Made by a program: the position numbers and the translations under genes | The notes under the pieces: generated by a model | Seen by the model: only the letters and a program-made list of their open reading frames with translations | What the model was told of the DNA's origin: nothing | Database searches by the model: none | Part shown: piece after piece, positions 25,411-39,022 of the stretch | Position numbering within the stretch: position 1 is the first letter of the stretch | How the letters are laid out: each line of letters starts with the position of its first letter | Assembly (NCBI GenBank): GCA_024679065.1 | Contig: JAGIQG010000036.1 | Coordinates: 12,772,001 to 12,836,000 of the forward strand | DNA length: 64,000 nucleotides | Source: Sphyrna mokarran | Taxonomy: Eukaryota | Direction: 5' to 3'

Positions 25411-26363
25411 CTGTTAGTAATTTTTATAAATGATCTGGATGAGGGTATTGAAGGATGGATGAGTAAATTTGCGGATGACACCAAAGTCGGAGGAGTGGTA
25501 GATAGTGAAGAGGGGTGTTATAGTTTGCAGAGAGACTTGGACAAGTTGCAGAGCTAGGCCGAGAGGTGGCAAATGGAGTTTAATGCGGAAAAGTGTGAGG
25601 TAATTCACTTTGGCAGGAATAACAAATGTGTAGAGTATAGGGCTAATGGTAGGACTCTTAATAGTGTTGAAGAACAGAGGGATCTTGGTGTATATGTGCA
25701 TAGATCCCTGAAAGTTGGCAATCAAGTCGATAAGGTTGTTAAGAAGGCATATGGAGTCTTAGCTTTTATTGGTAGGGGGATTGAATTTCGGAGCCGCAAC
25801 GTCATGTTGCAACTGTACAAAACTCTAGTGCGGCCGCACTTGGAGTATTGTGTGCAGTTCTGGTCCCCGCATTATAAGAAAGAGGTGGAGGCATTGGAGA
25901 GAGTACAGAGGAGGTTTACTAGGATGTTGCCTGGTATGGAAGGCAGGTCTTATGAAGAAAGGGTGAGGGATTTGAGGTTGTTTTCGTTAGAAAGAAGGCG
26001 GCAAAGAGGAGACCTGATTGAAACGTATAAGATGATTAGAGGTTTAGAGGATGGACAGTGATAGCCTTTTTCCTAGGGTGGAGAAAGCTAGCACGAGGAG
26101 ACATAGCTTTAAATTAAGGGGTGGTAGTTATAGGACGGATATCAGAGGTAGGTTCTTTACCCAGAGGGTGGTTAGGGTATGGAATGCCCTGTCTGCGTCA
26201 GTTGTGGATGCGCCGAGTTTGGTGGCGTTTAAGAGGTTAGTGGATAAGTTTATGGACGAAAAGGGAATGGTTTAGGTTGGAGGGTCATTGCTTTTTCCTA
26301 ATTGGTCGGCGCAACATCGAGGGCCGAAGGGCCTGTTCTGCGCTGTAATGTTCTATGTTCTAT
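25411..26363 (+). mobile_element. Young 5'-truncated CR1 LINE
   Basis: KFADDTK...RPHLEYCVQFWSPH...FFTQRVV.VWNAL; 3' tail TGTTCTA repeats. Confidence 0.9.
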
Positions 26364-27649
26364 TTTACTTCAGGACGCTGGAATATTAATTTGGAGGGGC
26401 GCTACTGCAATTGTACAAGCTACTAGAAAGTACATATTTGGAATACTATGTACAGTTTTGGCCTCCTTATTTAACGAAAGATGTATTATCATTGGAGACA
26501 GTGTAGAAGACGGCTAGATGTAGGGAGGATGTTCCCAATGCAGGAGAGTCGAAAGCCAGTGGTCATAATCTGAGAATTCAGGGTAGACCAGTGATGGTGG
26601 AAGAGAAGAAACATTTTTTTCTCTCGAAAAGTAATTCATTACAAAGGAAGTAGTTGATGCCAGAAAATAAATATATTCGAGAGGCAGTTGGATATAGAAC
26701 TTGGGGTGAATGGGATAAAAGATTATGGGGAAAAGGTAGGATTAAGCTATTGAGTTGCTCGATCAGCCATGAACGTAATGAGTGGTAGGGCAGGCTGGAA
26801 GGGCTAAATGGCCTCCTCCCCATCCTATCTTCTATGATCCTATGTTTAATAAGGTGATCCTGGGTACTGGGGCACTGCCGTATGTGGAAATGTTGGCTTT
26901 GTACTCGGGGTTCAGAGGAATGAAAGGTGATATGAATGAAACATTGAAGATTCTCAGGGAGTTAGATAGAGTAAAGTTTTAGAGAATAATTGCACTCCTC
27001 AACACTGCAATGCTGCATACAGCTCTGGTAGCCTTGCCTAAAAAAGGATATAGTAACATTGGAGGCAGCCCAAAGGAGAATCACCAGACTAATTCCTGAG
27101 TTGTCTTATCAAGATAGAATAAATAATCTGGCTCTCAATTCGTTGGAGTTTAGAAGGGTTCGAGGTGACCATACTTAAACATACAATATCCTGAGGGGGT
27201 TTGACAGGGTAGATGTGACATGTTTTCACGAGAGGGACATGGTGACAAGAGAAGTGATGTGCATGCAAATTTCTTCTCGCAGAGGATGGTGAATCTCTGG
27301 AATTCTCTACCACAAAGGGCGGTGGAGGCTGGGTCATTAGAAGTAGTTAAACTGGAAGTGAACAAATATTTGATAGATTGAGGAATAGAGGGCTGTGGGG
27401 AAATGACACAGAGAAGGAGCTGAGGCCAGCATAGATCCGCCATGATCTCGAATGGCGGGGTCAGGCTGGAATGGCTCGATGGTCGCCTCTTGCTTCTAGT
27501 TCTCGTGTTCTCTTGGGAGAGGACAGGGTCGCTGAATAAAGGGGGTGCTCATTTAAGACAAATCTGAGAAACAATTTATCACAATGCGTGGTGAATCTTC
27601 GACGTTCTTTAGCACAGCAAGCTGTGGAGGCCAAGTCCTCTGCATTTCC

Positions 27650-27893
27650 AGTTTATTTATTAGTCACAAGCAAGGCTGACATTGACATGTCAACGAAGTT
27701 ACTGTGAAATTACCCTAATCACCGGTGCAATGTCCTCACCAGTACGTCATGCGACGGGAAACCGGAGCGCCTGAAGGAAACCCGCGCAGACACGGGGAAA
27801 ACATGCAAACTCCACGCAGACAGTGATCCGAGCCAGGGATTGAACCCAGTTTCATGCCGTTATGAGGAACTAGTGCCAACCACTGTGCCGTCG
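27650..27893 (-). mobile_element. V-SINE at unit 2/3 boundary (chimeric flanks)
   Basis: V-domain and head; left flank matches that of the 49632 copy, right flank matches that of the 525 copy. Confidence 0.75.
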
Positions 27894-28122
27894 TAACTCC
27901 ATTTCTGTCTTTCAATCTGTCTCACCCACTTTTCCGTCCCCCTCTCTCTGCATCGCTCTCCCTCTTATTTGTGCGCGTTTTCTTTGTCTTTCTCTCTCTC
28001 TCTCCTTTGTGTTACCATCACTGACTTGTTCTGTCTCCTTTCTTCAATCCCTCTCTTTTTATTTAACCGTCTCTCTCTCTCTCTTTTGTCTAACTTGCCT
28101 GTCTGCTCTCTTTCTGGTCTCT

Positions 28123-28161
28123 GCTTTTTGTACGACGCACCTCGCATTTTGCTGCGCTGTG
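28123..28161 (-). other. 23-RSS of V7
   Basis: CACAGCG-23-ACAAAAAGC. Confidence 0.92.
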
Positions 28162-28937
28162 CCTTACTGCAGGCGCAGTAAAAAACTGCGGAACGTGACA
28201 GATTGGCCGACTTCAACAGAAAGTGCGTTTCGCTCGGCCTCTCGGCTGTAAAGGGCTCCTTGGTGTACGGAGTAACCGTTCCCTCGCCGATAGAATAGAA
28301 CAGGGCTTCGGGTTGCGAGTCCGGATACTGCCGGTACCAGTACAGATAGCTGTAGCTTGGATCCTTCAGCACACAGCTCAGCCGGAATGGCTCACTCCCC
28401 GACACCGTCAGAGACACCGGGTCCTGCTCCACAAAAGTGCTTCTGTCGCCTGTGAAACACAAGTGAGATTCAAACTCAGAATATAATTATAAACTCTCTC
28501 CCAGTATATAGATGTCCTTCCCTCCCGGTATGTTTCCCCCCTTCCCCTATCTCCTCCCCTCTACTTTTTCTCTCTCTCTTAATTCCTTAATCTCTATCAA
28601 TGTTCCTTACTTTCTCCCTTCCTCTCAGTTTGTCTGCTTCACTGCCTGGGAAACGTCGTTTTTTTTCTCTCTATCCCTGTAACTTTCAATCCCGATCTCT
28701 GCCTTCCTCTGAATATCGTGCTCTCGCTCCCTCACTCATTATTTCTGCCCCTCTCTCTTTCTTCTGTCTCACTCACTACCTCCCCTCTCACCCTCCCTTG
28801 CTGTATACCTATCACAGTGCCTCTCTCCAGGTAAAGAAACTACGTTGAAAGTGCTGACCGGAGCTGCTCTCCACACTCAGACAATAAAGGAGGATTGTCA
28901 GACACACGGCTACACTGTTCAGCAGTCTCATGGCCAT
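28162..28937 (-). CDS. TRBV: TRBV V7 (CxCS family); apparently functional
   Basis: Leader 28937..28859 (MAMRLLNSVAVCLTILLYCLSVESSS); V exon 28449..28162 ending SAVFYCACS. Confidence 0.9.
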
Positions 28938-29934
28938 CGCTTCGCTGCTCCCCCGCTCAATCGGGAGCAAAATCTTGGGCAAAGACACCCAGGTGTTCCC
29001 TAGTTGTTGGCGGTGTTCACATCTATTGTCACCGTCTTACCGGCTCCCTTCAATTCATTGGGGTAAATATGACGAGAGTAAAGGTGTGACACGCCTCTTT
29101 CTGCAGTTGGACCAATCAGTAATCACCAATTCCCTACTATACAGAAGGAGGCTATTTGGCCCATCGACTCTGCACTAACCACAGCCCCACCTAGACCCCA
29201 TCCCTGTAAACCCACATCGTAATCCTGCTAATCCCCTTGACATTAGGCTCAATTTAGCATGGCCAACCATTCAAACACGCACATCTTTGGACAGTGGGAG
29301 GAAACCGGAGCAGCCGAGGAAACCCTTTCAGACACGAGAAGAATGTGCAAACTCCACACAAATAGTGACCGGAATTGAACCAGGGTTCCTGGTGCTATGA
29401 GGCAGTCGTATTAACCACTGTGCCACTATGCTGCCCGTTGGTATAATCATTGGCATTGCTCAGAGCCTGAGAGATGTGAGACATCTAATGGCTGTGCAGG
29501 GGTGTTTCAGAAGCAGTCACCATCAAATGTGGGTCTTTCATTGTTCTACCCTCTCTTTTTAGCCTTGTCATCGTTGATTGGTATTTGATTTGATTTGATT
29601 TATTATTGTCACATGCATCAGTATACAGTTTCTTGCGCACTACGCGGATAAAGCATACCAGTTATAAAGGCGAGAAGGAGAAAGTGTTATAGTCATAGCT
29701 AGGTTGTAGAGAAAGATCAGCTTAAGGCGGGATAGACCCTTTCAGAAGTCTGATGGCAGCAGGGAAGAATTTGTTCTTGAGTCGGTTGGTACGTTACCTC
29801 AGGCTTTTGTACCTTTTCCCCGATGGAAGGAGGTCGAAGAGAGAATGCCCGGGGTGGTTGGGGTCTTCAACTATGCTGGCTGCTTTGCCGAGGTGGCGGG
29901 AAATGGAGACGGAGCCAAAAAAGTAAGAGTAAAA

Positions 29935-30903
29935 TGTATTTATTAGTCACAAGTAGGCTTACATTCACACTGTAATACGGGTACAGTGAAATCCTCTGGT
30001 CACCACACTGCAATGCTGTTTGGGTACACCGAGGGAAAATTTAGAATGGCCAATTCCCCTAGCCTGCACATCTTTCAGACGATGGGAGAAAAGTGGAGCA
30101 CCCAGACAGATTCCACACAGACATGGGGAGAACGTGCAAACTTCACACACACAGTGACCCAAGCTGGGAATCGAACCCGGGTGCCTAGCAGTGTGATATA
30201 GCAGTGCTACCCATTCTGCTACTGCACAGGCCCAACGGGTGGGTGGCGGATTTGCGATAGTTTTACAATTGCTATTGATGCTGTTGATGGAAACAGAAAC
30301 ATTGACAGTATTTGTGGATAAAGTGTGAGGCCATCCACTCTGGATCTCAGTCCAATGGAACAGGATATTTATAAATGACGAGAAGCCACAGAGTGACAAA
30401 GATTGTAAGGTTTTCATCAATACATATTCCATAAGTTTGAGGAACGGATGCAAATTTAGTCTAATAATTGTTGGATTAAAAGGACTGGGACACAAGGTGA
30501 AAAACAAACAAGCGGATAAACAATCCACTCAGTTCTACACGGATATATTAACTCTGGTGTTGGGAGGAGGTGGAAGTACAGATTCATCAGAAAGTTTAAA
30601 GACTTAAGGGTTATTTATTAGTGTCACAAGTCGACTTGCATTAACATTGTAATGGAGTTACTGTGAAAATCTCTTAGTCCAACACTCCGGCACCTGTTTG
30701 GGTACACCAAGTGAGAATTTAGCATGGCAATGCACCTAACCAGCACATCCTTTCGACTGTGAGAAAAAAAAACAGAGCAGTGTAGGAAACCCACGCAGAT
30801 ACGCGGAGAACATGCAGACTCCACACAGAGAGAGACCGAAGCTGGGAGTTGAACCCAGGTCTCTGGTGCTGTGAGGCAGCAGTGCTAACCACAGTTTCAC
30901 CTT
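29935..30903 (-). mobile_element. Two V-SINE copies (~29935-30232, ~30610-30903)
   Basis: Head + V-domain matches. Confidence 0.7.
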
Positions 30904-31736
30904 TTGTTACCCCCATTATGGTATCCCATTTCAGTGTTAAATTATGAAGACATTTAATTGATTACAGAGAATTCAATGGTGAACTGCTGGATTTTAATAC
31001 AAGAATTTGACAGGCAACATAGAAAGTTGATGTGAAACCCTGAACAAGGCTGGGGAAATTTAACCATAGAACTTGGGTGATGTCGCGAAACAATTCTTCA
31101 CACAAATAAACGTGGAAATCAGAGTTCCACCCCAAAGGCTGAAAATGAGTGTCAACTAGAAAATTAGGTGCTAATATTCATAGCTTTTTTGCCAGATAAA
31201 AATGTTGAGGCATACGGAGTTCTTTAAATATAAAGAACAATTGTGATGCAATTGTATAGCACAGCAAATTCGATTGGCTGAAAGGTCTCTTCCTGTTCAA
31301 CCAGTTTGAGGAATGAATGGCCACTTCCTTTTCCTGTGTAATATGACTGGGTGGGTCAATGACCTCTTCATGTCCCTTTGTTACAGGCTTGAGGAGCTGG
31401 GTAGACTCTTCTCATTCCTGTGGAACAGGCTCGAGGGGCTGGAAGGCCTTGTTCTATCCTTTGTTTTGGGAAAATGTCTTATTTCAGGCAATTGTTTGTT
31501 GCATCGTACTGCAGTTCCCTCAGCTGTTGCTGTGGGGAAACAACACGTTATCAAAGTCATGTGTTTTTGAATTGCTAATCGTAGTTCTGGCATTATCCTC
31601 GAAAATTTTTCTTTGCAAGTTTTTCAGTGTCTCGATATCTAATTACTCACTGTTGTACATCTTCCCTCATCAAAAACTAAAACGGGATAAAGCAGCATGC
31701 ATGTTTTCATTCGCAGGTGTTTCCTGCTGCCTTTGG

Positions 31737-31775
31737 GGTTTTTGTTGAGCTGCTCCATCTCTCTGAGTCACTGTG
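31737..31775 (-). other. 23-RSS of V8
   Basis: CACAGTG-23-ACAAAAACC. Confidence 0.95.
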
Positions 31776-32232
31776 AATACTCCAGGCGCAATAATACCAG
31801 GCCGAGTGATTCACCCGCAGGCTGGAGGATTCCAGGATGAACTCGGAGCCACTTGGTCGCTTTGCAGTGAAACCGTCCACCATCCTCTGTGGATCGACAT
31901 GATTTGCAATGCTGGAATAAAATATCAGCCGCAGTTCCCTCCCCGGAGGTTGCCTGTACCAATACATGTATCCACTACTAGCTCCCTCCACACTGCATTC
32001 CAACTCCATTCTGTCTCCAAGATATTTGGAAACAGCTGGGGGAATCTGATGTACTGTCTCTGAGTTCACATCTGAAGATAAAATCGGGAGAGGACGAGGT
32101 CAGTGAACAGAAATGTTATGGAGAAGGAAGGAAGGAAAGAAATCAAATATGAAAGAGCCGAAAGAATGTAAAGGTGAGATATTGTTCTTAAAAAAAACTT
32201 ACACGGAAATAAAATCTCAATAACAGATACAT
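31776..32232 (-). pseudogene. TRBV: TRBV V8 (CAWS family); intact V exon, frameshifted leader
   Basis: V exon 32071..31776 open. Leader 32232..32203 is 30 nt (paralogues 37 nt), so it is out of phase at the GTAAGT donor. Confidence 0.75.
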
Positions 32233-35079
32233 ATTTTATCTTTGACCTTGTCTTGTAACAGGGGAATACGTGCAAACAAAAAGGAGGGAACAGTACTTAT
32301 ACGTGTGAATCCGTTTCCTTTTAGATCATTGAGGGCAAGGTGGAATACATGATGCAAGTTGTACACACGGTCCTCCCTCGCTGATGGAAATGATTGGCTT
32401 AAGAGGAGCCAATAAGAACAGGAAGTTTCTAAGGGATGGTGACAGAGGAAGCGAATGGCAAAGGAGGGGCAGCTGCAGTTTAACGTGGACAAATTCTAGA
32501 TCACAACTTTCAGCATAAGAAAGAGAGATGAGAATATTTTCTAACTGGTGAGATGAGTTCTCCACCTCTGCGAACATGAGGTAGGGGGCCAGTCATAGAA
32601 AACGAATTGATTTGATTTATTATTGTCGCATGTATTGGGATACAGTGAAAAGTTCTTCCTTATGCACGTTACAGCCAAAAACATCCCGATCAATAAGTAC
32701 ATATGCCTCTTTCAGGCATGGATAGGGTGGATAGTCAGGATATTTTTTTTCCAGGGTGGAAGCATCAATTACAAAGTAGTACAGGTTCAAAGTGGGAGGG
32801 GAAAAGTTTAAGGGAAATAAGTGTGGCATGTTTTCCACGCTGAGAGTGGTGAATGCCTGGAAAGTGCTGCCACAGGAGGTGGTGGAAGGATTAACTATTG
32901 CAACATTTAAGAAACATCTGGCTGAGTATATGAATAGGGACGGCATAGAGAGATACAGACTGAGTCAGGGCAGAAACAATTTTTAGTTTAGTGAGGGCAA
33001 TATGATCTGCACAGGCTTGGAGGCCGAAAGACCTGTTCCTGTGCTGTACTTTGTTCTAGAAGCAAAAGAGGGGTTGAAGAATGTAATGTTCCTGTCACAG
33101 CTAGGGTGTAGAGAAAGATCAACGTAATATAAGGCAGGAGAATGTAAACATCTGGTGACAGCATGGAAGAGGCTATTTTTGAGTTAGTTTGTATGTGTTT
33201 TCAGACGGTTGTATTATTTTTCCCGAAGGAGAAGGTGGAAGAGAGTATTTTCAGTGTGCGTGGGATCCTTGATTATGCTGGCTGAATTTCTGAGGCAGCG
33301 GGAAATGTAGACAGAGTCAATGGATGGGAAGCTGGTTTGCGTGATGGGCTACAATCGTGACCATTTGTACTTTCTCGGGTCTTGGGCAGCGCAAGAGCCA
33401 TACTAAGCGGTGATGCAGCGAGTGGGCAAAGTAGCGGCAGATACAGTTTAATGAAGACAAATCCGAGGTCATAACAGTGGGTGGAGAAAAGAGAATCCAG
33501 GCTACTTTCTAACTGCTGAAAAACAAGAAACGCCGGAGCTAGGATGAAACTGAGTCCAACTACACAAACAATTAGAGACAGGTAGACATAAACAAAAAGG
33601 AATCATTGAGTCCAATGGAATGCTGGCCTTTCCTTAAGTGGAACTGAAATACAAGATGGAGGAAGTGACACTCCAGTTGTGGAGGGCCGGGGGTAGATTA
33701 CATTTGGAAAACTTCTTGCAGTTCTAGGCAGCTCATCCCAGGAAAAACATATTAAAGACAGAGAGGATACAAAGTGAATTCGCCAGAAAAACACTGGCTC
33801 TTTAAGAGTGAAATCATGAGTACCTTAGGTTCCTTTGACAATAGCAGCTTGAGAAAAGAGCGAATGAGATTACATTTAGACCTTTTCAATGTTAATAATT
33901 AGGTGCTATCTCATCTAGTATGGGAGCGCAAAACAAATTCACCGTTAGACCCAAGTTTTTAGGTAAGTAAGCAGCTATGACACAAAGGGCAGCGGAAATC
34001 TGCAACTCTCTCCCAAAATGGCTTGCTCCAAAGATGTGTGAGTTACGTTGGTTGGCCATGCTAAATTGACTTTTAGTGTCGGAGGGTTGGTAGGGTAAAT
34101 GAGTACGATTACGAGAATAGGGCCTGGGTGGAACTGTGATCGGTGCAGGTTCGACAGGCCGAACGGCCTACTTCTGAATTTTTATTCTACGAAAATACAG
34201 TCAATGCGGATGGTCAATTGGACATTTCAAGAGTGCGATTGATAGATTTTGTTGGGTCAAGAAATACAGAAGGCAACAGGAGGGAATGAAGTTACAGAAC
34301 AGCTCGAATCTAATTCTACCATGGAGCAGGCTGGAAGGGCGATGTGTTCTTCCTGTTTCTATTGAATCATGTTTCAGGCACTGGTGTTTTTCATCGTCCA
34401 GAGCGCCCTCTGCAGCCCATGTTGGGAAAGAAAGCGCAAATACAGTATGAAAAAACCCCACAGCCTTATCTAAGTTCCCTTGCCCTTCCGTTCCCTATTT
34501 TTCTGTCTATTTTTTTCTATTAGTTGTTTTAATTTTGCTGTGCACGGAGCTAAATTCGCAGAAAGCCGTATCTGAATGTACGCAAAATCTCAACAGTAGA
34601 TGGGTTAAAGTTCTATCTCATCGACCATAGCCTTCTGCTTCCTGCTCATTCGGTTCTGCACCTTCCCCTTGAAGACACCGATTCTATTTGCCCCAATACT
34701 CGCGAATTCCACATGCTTTGCTCCGAATTTCCTGCTGGATTCTGTGTCTAATCTTCATCTTCCAAACTCCAATCCTATCATAACTTAAAAAAAATCTCAT
34801 CAGGACTATTTTTTAAACTTTTATTTCCCATCAGAAACCGAATATTTTCAACCTTTCTTGTCAGCTTTTTGTGTTCACTTTGTCCTGTGCTTCTTAATCT
34901 ACTTACATGATTTTGTTCTAACTTCTCACTTCTTATTGTCAGAATATGCTTACCCTGACAGTGACTTCGTTACAGTAAACTTATTTATCACAAAGAAATA
35001 CACTTTACTTCTACTTTACTGCGAGAGAAGGGGGTGAGGTCGTAATTGTGTCTAGAACAGGTGTTTCCTGCTGCTTTTG

Positions 35080-35118
35080 GGGTTTTGTTGAAAAGCTCCA
35101 TCTCTCTGAGTCACTGTG
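35080..35118 (-). other. 23-RSS of V9
   Basis: CACAGTG-23-ACAAAACCC. Confidence 0.9.
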
Positions 35119-35578
35119 AAGACTCCAGGCGCAATAACACACTGCCGAGTGATTCACCCACAGGCTGGGGGACTTCAGGTTGAAGTCGGACTTACTGGGC
35201 CTCCCGGCGCTGAAACCGTCCACCCACCCTTCAGGATTTATGTGAGTGGTACTAGTGGAGTAAAACAGACACTGCAGCTCCTTCCCCGGGTACTGCCTGT
35301 ACCAGTACATGTCAGGGTTACTACTGCCCCCCTCACGCTGCATTTCAGTTCCACTGCATCCCCGGGAACTCCTGAGACAGCAGCGGGACTCTGGAGGATA
35401 TTCTGCGAATCCGCCACTGGAAGAGAAACGGGGAGAGAAGGACATTAACTAATGCGGTTACTCAGAGCAAAGGAGCATGCCGGGAAGCAAGGAAGAACAG
35501 CGAATTAGCGAGTACAATCGTTTGAAAATCTTCCTCACGGTGAAGTATGATGATTGAACCCAATAACAGATACATCAT
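35119..35578 (-). pseudogene. TRBV: TRBV V9 (CAWS family, ADSQNILQ subfamily); +2 frameshift
   Basis: Leader 35578..35539. V exon 35416..35119 is 298 nt vs 296 in paralogues, with the shift at a G-run after Cys23; also SAVCYC. Confidence 0.8.
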
Positions 35579-35997
35579 TCGCTTGAAGTTTCCTCTTCAT
35601 AAGGAAAGAAGAGAGAGCAGAGGCAGGGTGTGAAATCAATCCGCTCTTCCCCAATCTCTGAGACAGACTTGACGATCATGGTGAGATTGAAGAGGTTTTG
35701 GACACGCCCCTTCCCCAGACAGCCAATCAGAATTAACACAGTTGTTATTTCCCCGTTGCACTTCTGTAATTTCTGGTTAGAAATTCAACAAATCAGATCT
35801 GAATTCTCAATCCTGACACTTCAATCCCATTTAGTCCGACCTGAACAGCCTCTTCTAGTTCCTGTGTAAGCTTTATAGAGGTTACGAATGATTTCCTTCA
35901 TCCCTGTGAAACAGGTTCGGCGTAGTGGCGGTTAAATGTGCAACAGGTATAGAGGGGTTGAATGGGCTGATCCTATTCCAACGTAAGAGACCGCAGA

Positions 35998-36993
35998 GAA
36001 CATAGAACATAGAACATTACAGCACAGAACAGGCCCTTCGGCCTTCGATGTTGCGCCGACCAATATAAAAAGCAATGCCCCTCCAAACTAAACCATTCCC
36101 TTCTCTTCCATATACTTATCAACTAACCTCTTAAACGCCACCAAACTTGGCGCATCTACAACTGCTGCAGGCAGGGCATTCCACTCCCGAACCACCCTTT
36201 GGGTAAAGAACCTGCCTCTGATATCCGTCCTATAACTATCACCCCTTAATTTAAAGCTGTGTCCCCTCGTGCTAGCTTTTTCCATCCTAGGAAAAAGGCT
36301 ATCACTGTCCACCCTATCTAAACCTCTAATCATCTTATATGTTTCGATCAGGTCCCCTCTTAGCCTCCTCCTTTCTAACGAAAACAACCTCAAATCCCTC
36401 AGCCTCTCTCATAAGACCTGCCCTCCATACCAGGCAACATCCTGGTAAACCTCCTCTGTACCCTCTCCAATGCCTCCACATCTTTCTTATAATGCGGGGA
36501 CCAGAACTGCACACAATACTCCAAGTGCGGCCGCACTAGAGTTTTGTACAGTTGCAACATGACGTTGCGGCTCCGAAATTCAATCCCTCTACCAATAAAA
36601 GCCAAGACTCCATATGCCTTCCTAACAACCTTCTCGACCTGACTGCCTACTTTCAGGGATCTATGCACATACACACCAAGATCCCTCTGTTCATCTAGAC
36701 TACTAAGAATCCTACCATTTGCCCTATACTCTACACATTTATTATTTCTGCCATAGTGCATTACCTCACACTTTTCCACATTAAACTCCATTTGCCACCT
36801 CTCGGCCCAGCTCTGCAACTTGTCCAAGTCTCTCTGCAAACTATAACACCCCTCTTCACTATCTACCACTCCACCGACTTTAGTGTCATCTGCAAATTTA
36901 CTAATCCATCCTTCAATACCCTCATCCAGATCATTTATAAAAATTACAAACAGCAGGGGCCCCAAAACAGACCCCTGAGGTACACCACTTGTC
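35998..36993 (-). mobile_element. Young 5'-truncated CR1 LINE
   Basis: ORFs 36399..36995 and 36088..36393 (SGVPQGSVLGP, FADD); AGAACAT tail on + strand; absent at the unit-2 paralogous site (~18670). Confidence 0.92.
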
Positions 36994-38756
36994 ACCGAGT
37001 TGAAGGGTTGAAGATTCGGTGTAACAGGCTATTGTGGTGCACTTTGGGAAACTTCCTGTTGCTTTAAAACTGGTCTATCCCATATTTTTGTCGAGGGAAG
37101 TGGATGGGCACAGTTCAATTTCTTTGCCGCTCAAGGGATCGATGAGTAAATTTCAGTTTGGCGTAACAGGGGACATGGCTTTCATGGGATTGTTATCAGT
37201 GCAGGGTCCTTGGAACAAAAGGCTTCCTTCTGCATCTTAAGACCTCTATGATTCTATTAATGATGATTTTTTAAAAAAAAATCGAAGTAAATGACTTACT
37301 AATTAACCACTTTATTGAAACTAACACTTGACCCTCGCACCAGGAAATCAATACACCATCTTGAAGTCACATCTATGGCCACAGAAAGGCCCATCTCATC
37401 CTATTGTGCTCCCTCCAACATCCTCTCCTCCTGTTCAGCTGAACTGCTCATGGTGTCACAAACCTGACTCTCTCTGCACTCCCCTGAGGAAACAACACGT
37501 CACCATCTTCCGAAACAGAAAAGACATTTCTCAGCTAGGCCCCAAGGGACTCCAACACTACCTGCTTAGTTCTCTTGGACAGCATGGTTGCCATCCATTT
37601 CATCCCATCCTCCAAACTCTTAAGATGCTGTGTGGCCACCTCTCTGAAAGTGCTTTAAGAGTCTCTGAGGCACCACAATGTGTCCAGCTGCAGTGCGAGC
37701 TCTGAAAACCTGACCTCAGAGTTCTGTAGCTGGCAACACTTCCTACACATATGGTCATGTAAGTCACTGCTGGTGTCCATGACTTTACACAAAGTATAGG
37801 GCAGTCACCCAACTCGATAAGCTGATCTGCTATTTCTCAACTTCACTTGGATTACTTGTATGACTTTATAATTTAGTTAGTCCTAAATCTCCCTTATTCC
37901 AAACGCTGCTTTCTCACACTGTCCCTTACAATGAGAACTTAGCAGCTACTCAATTTATTAGTTTCTTTGCAGACGCAGTAGATGCAACACCTGCATCTTT
38001 ACTTCCTCTCTCCTCACCATTTGAGGCCCCGAACAACTCCTTTCAGTTGAAGCAGCATTTCACAAGCGCCTCCTCAACTTGGCCTAATGTATTTGCTGCT
38101 GGTGATGTGGTCCACTTTACATTGGGGGATAAGTGCAGACTGGGTGATCGCTTTGTGAAACGGTTCTGCTTAGCCCATCACTCCCAGCTTCATGTTGTTT
38201 GCCATTTGAACTCAACACCTTTCTCTCAAGCCCATATGTCCATCCTTGACCAGCTAAAAAGTTTCAGTGAAGCCCAATGCAAACTGGAGCTTCAGCAATT
38301 CATCTTCAAATTAGACACATTACAGTCCTTAGGTCTCAACACTGAGTTCAACAACCTCCAACTGTGATCTTTCTCCTCCGTCTTGACCCCCTATTTTATC
38401 CAAATTATTTCTGTCTCAAAATAATTCCCCCTTCCCCAGGTTTCCATCTGTTAATTGTTCTTTCGTTTAGTTTTCATTCAGCACTGACCTTTGTTCTCCC
38501 ATTAACACTTTCAACATCTTGCTTTTATGTGACTTAGCACCTTTTATAGATCTATAGATGCACCATAGAAAACATTCTTTCTCGTTGCATCACAGCTTGG
38601 TATGGCTCCTGCTCGGCCCAAGACCGAAATAAACTACAAAAGATCGTGAAAGTAGCCCAATCCAACACGCAAACCAGCCTCCCATCCATTGACTCTGTCT
38701 ACACTTCCCACTGCCTCAGCAAAGCAGCCAGCATAATTAACGACCTCGGGCATTTT

Positions 38757-39022
38757 AAAGTTTATTTATTGGTTACAAGTTAGCTTTACATTTACATGGC
38801 AATGAAGTTAATGTGAAATTTCCCTAGTCACCACTGTCCGGCGCCTGTTCGGGTCAATGCACCTAACTAGCACGTTTTTCAGAATGGGGAAGGAAACCGG
38901 AGGAAACCCACGCAGACACGGGGAGAACGTGCAAACTTCACTCAGGCAGTGACCCAAGCCAGGAATCAAGCTCGTGTCCCTGGCACTGTGAGGCAACAGT
39001 GCTAACTACTGTACTACCGTGC
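38757..39022 (-). mobile_element. V-SINE nested in an older LINE 3' fragment (~38550-39300)
   Basis: Interrupts a CCAGCCTCCCATCCATTGAC... fragment that is uninterrupted at ~21120-21600. Confidence 0.7.

Noticed and set aside
28813-28819. CACAGTG in the V7 intron as a cryptic RSS
   Set aside because: No nonamer-like sequence at 12 or 23 bp, and not conserved in the V1/V4 introns.
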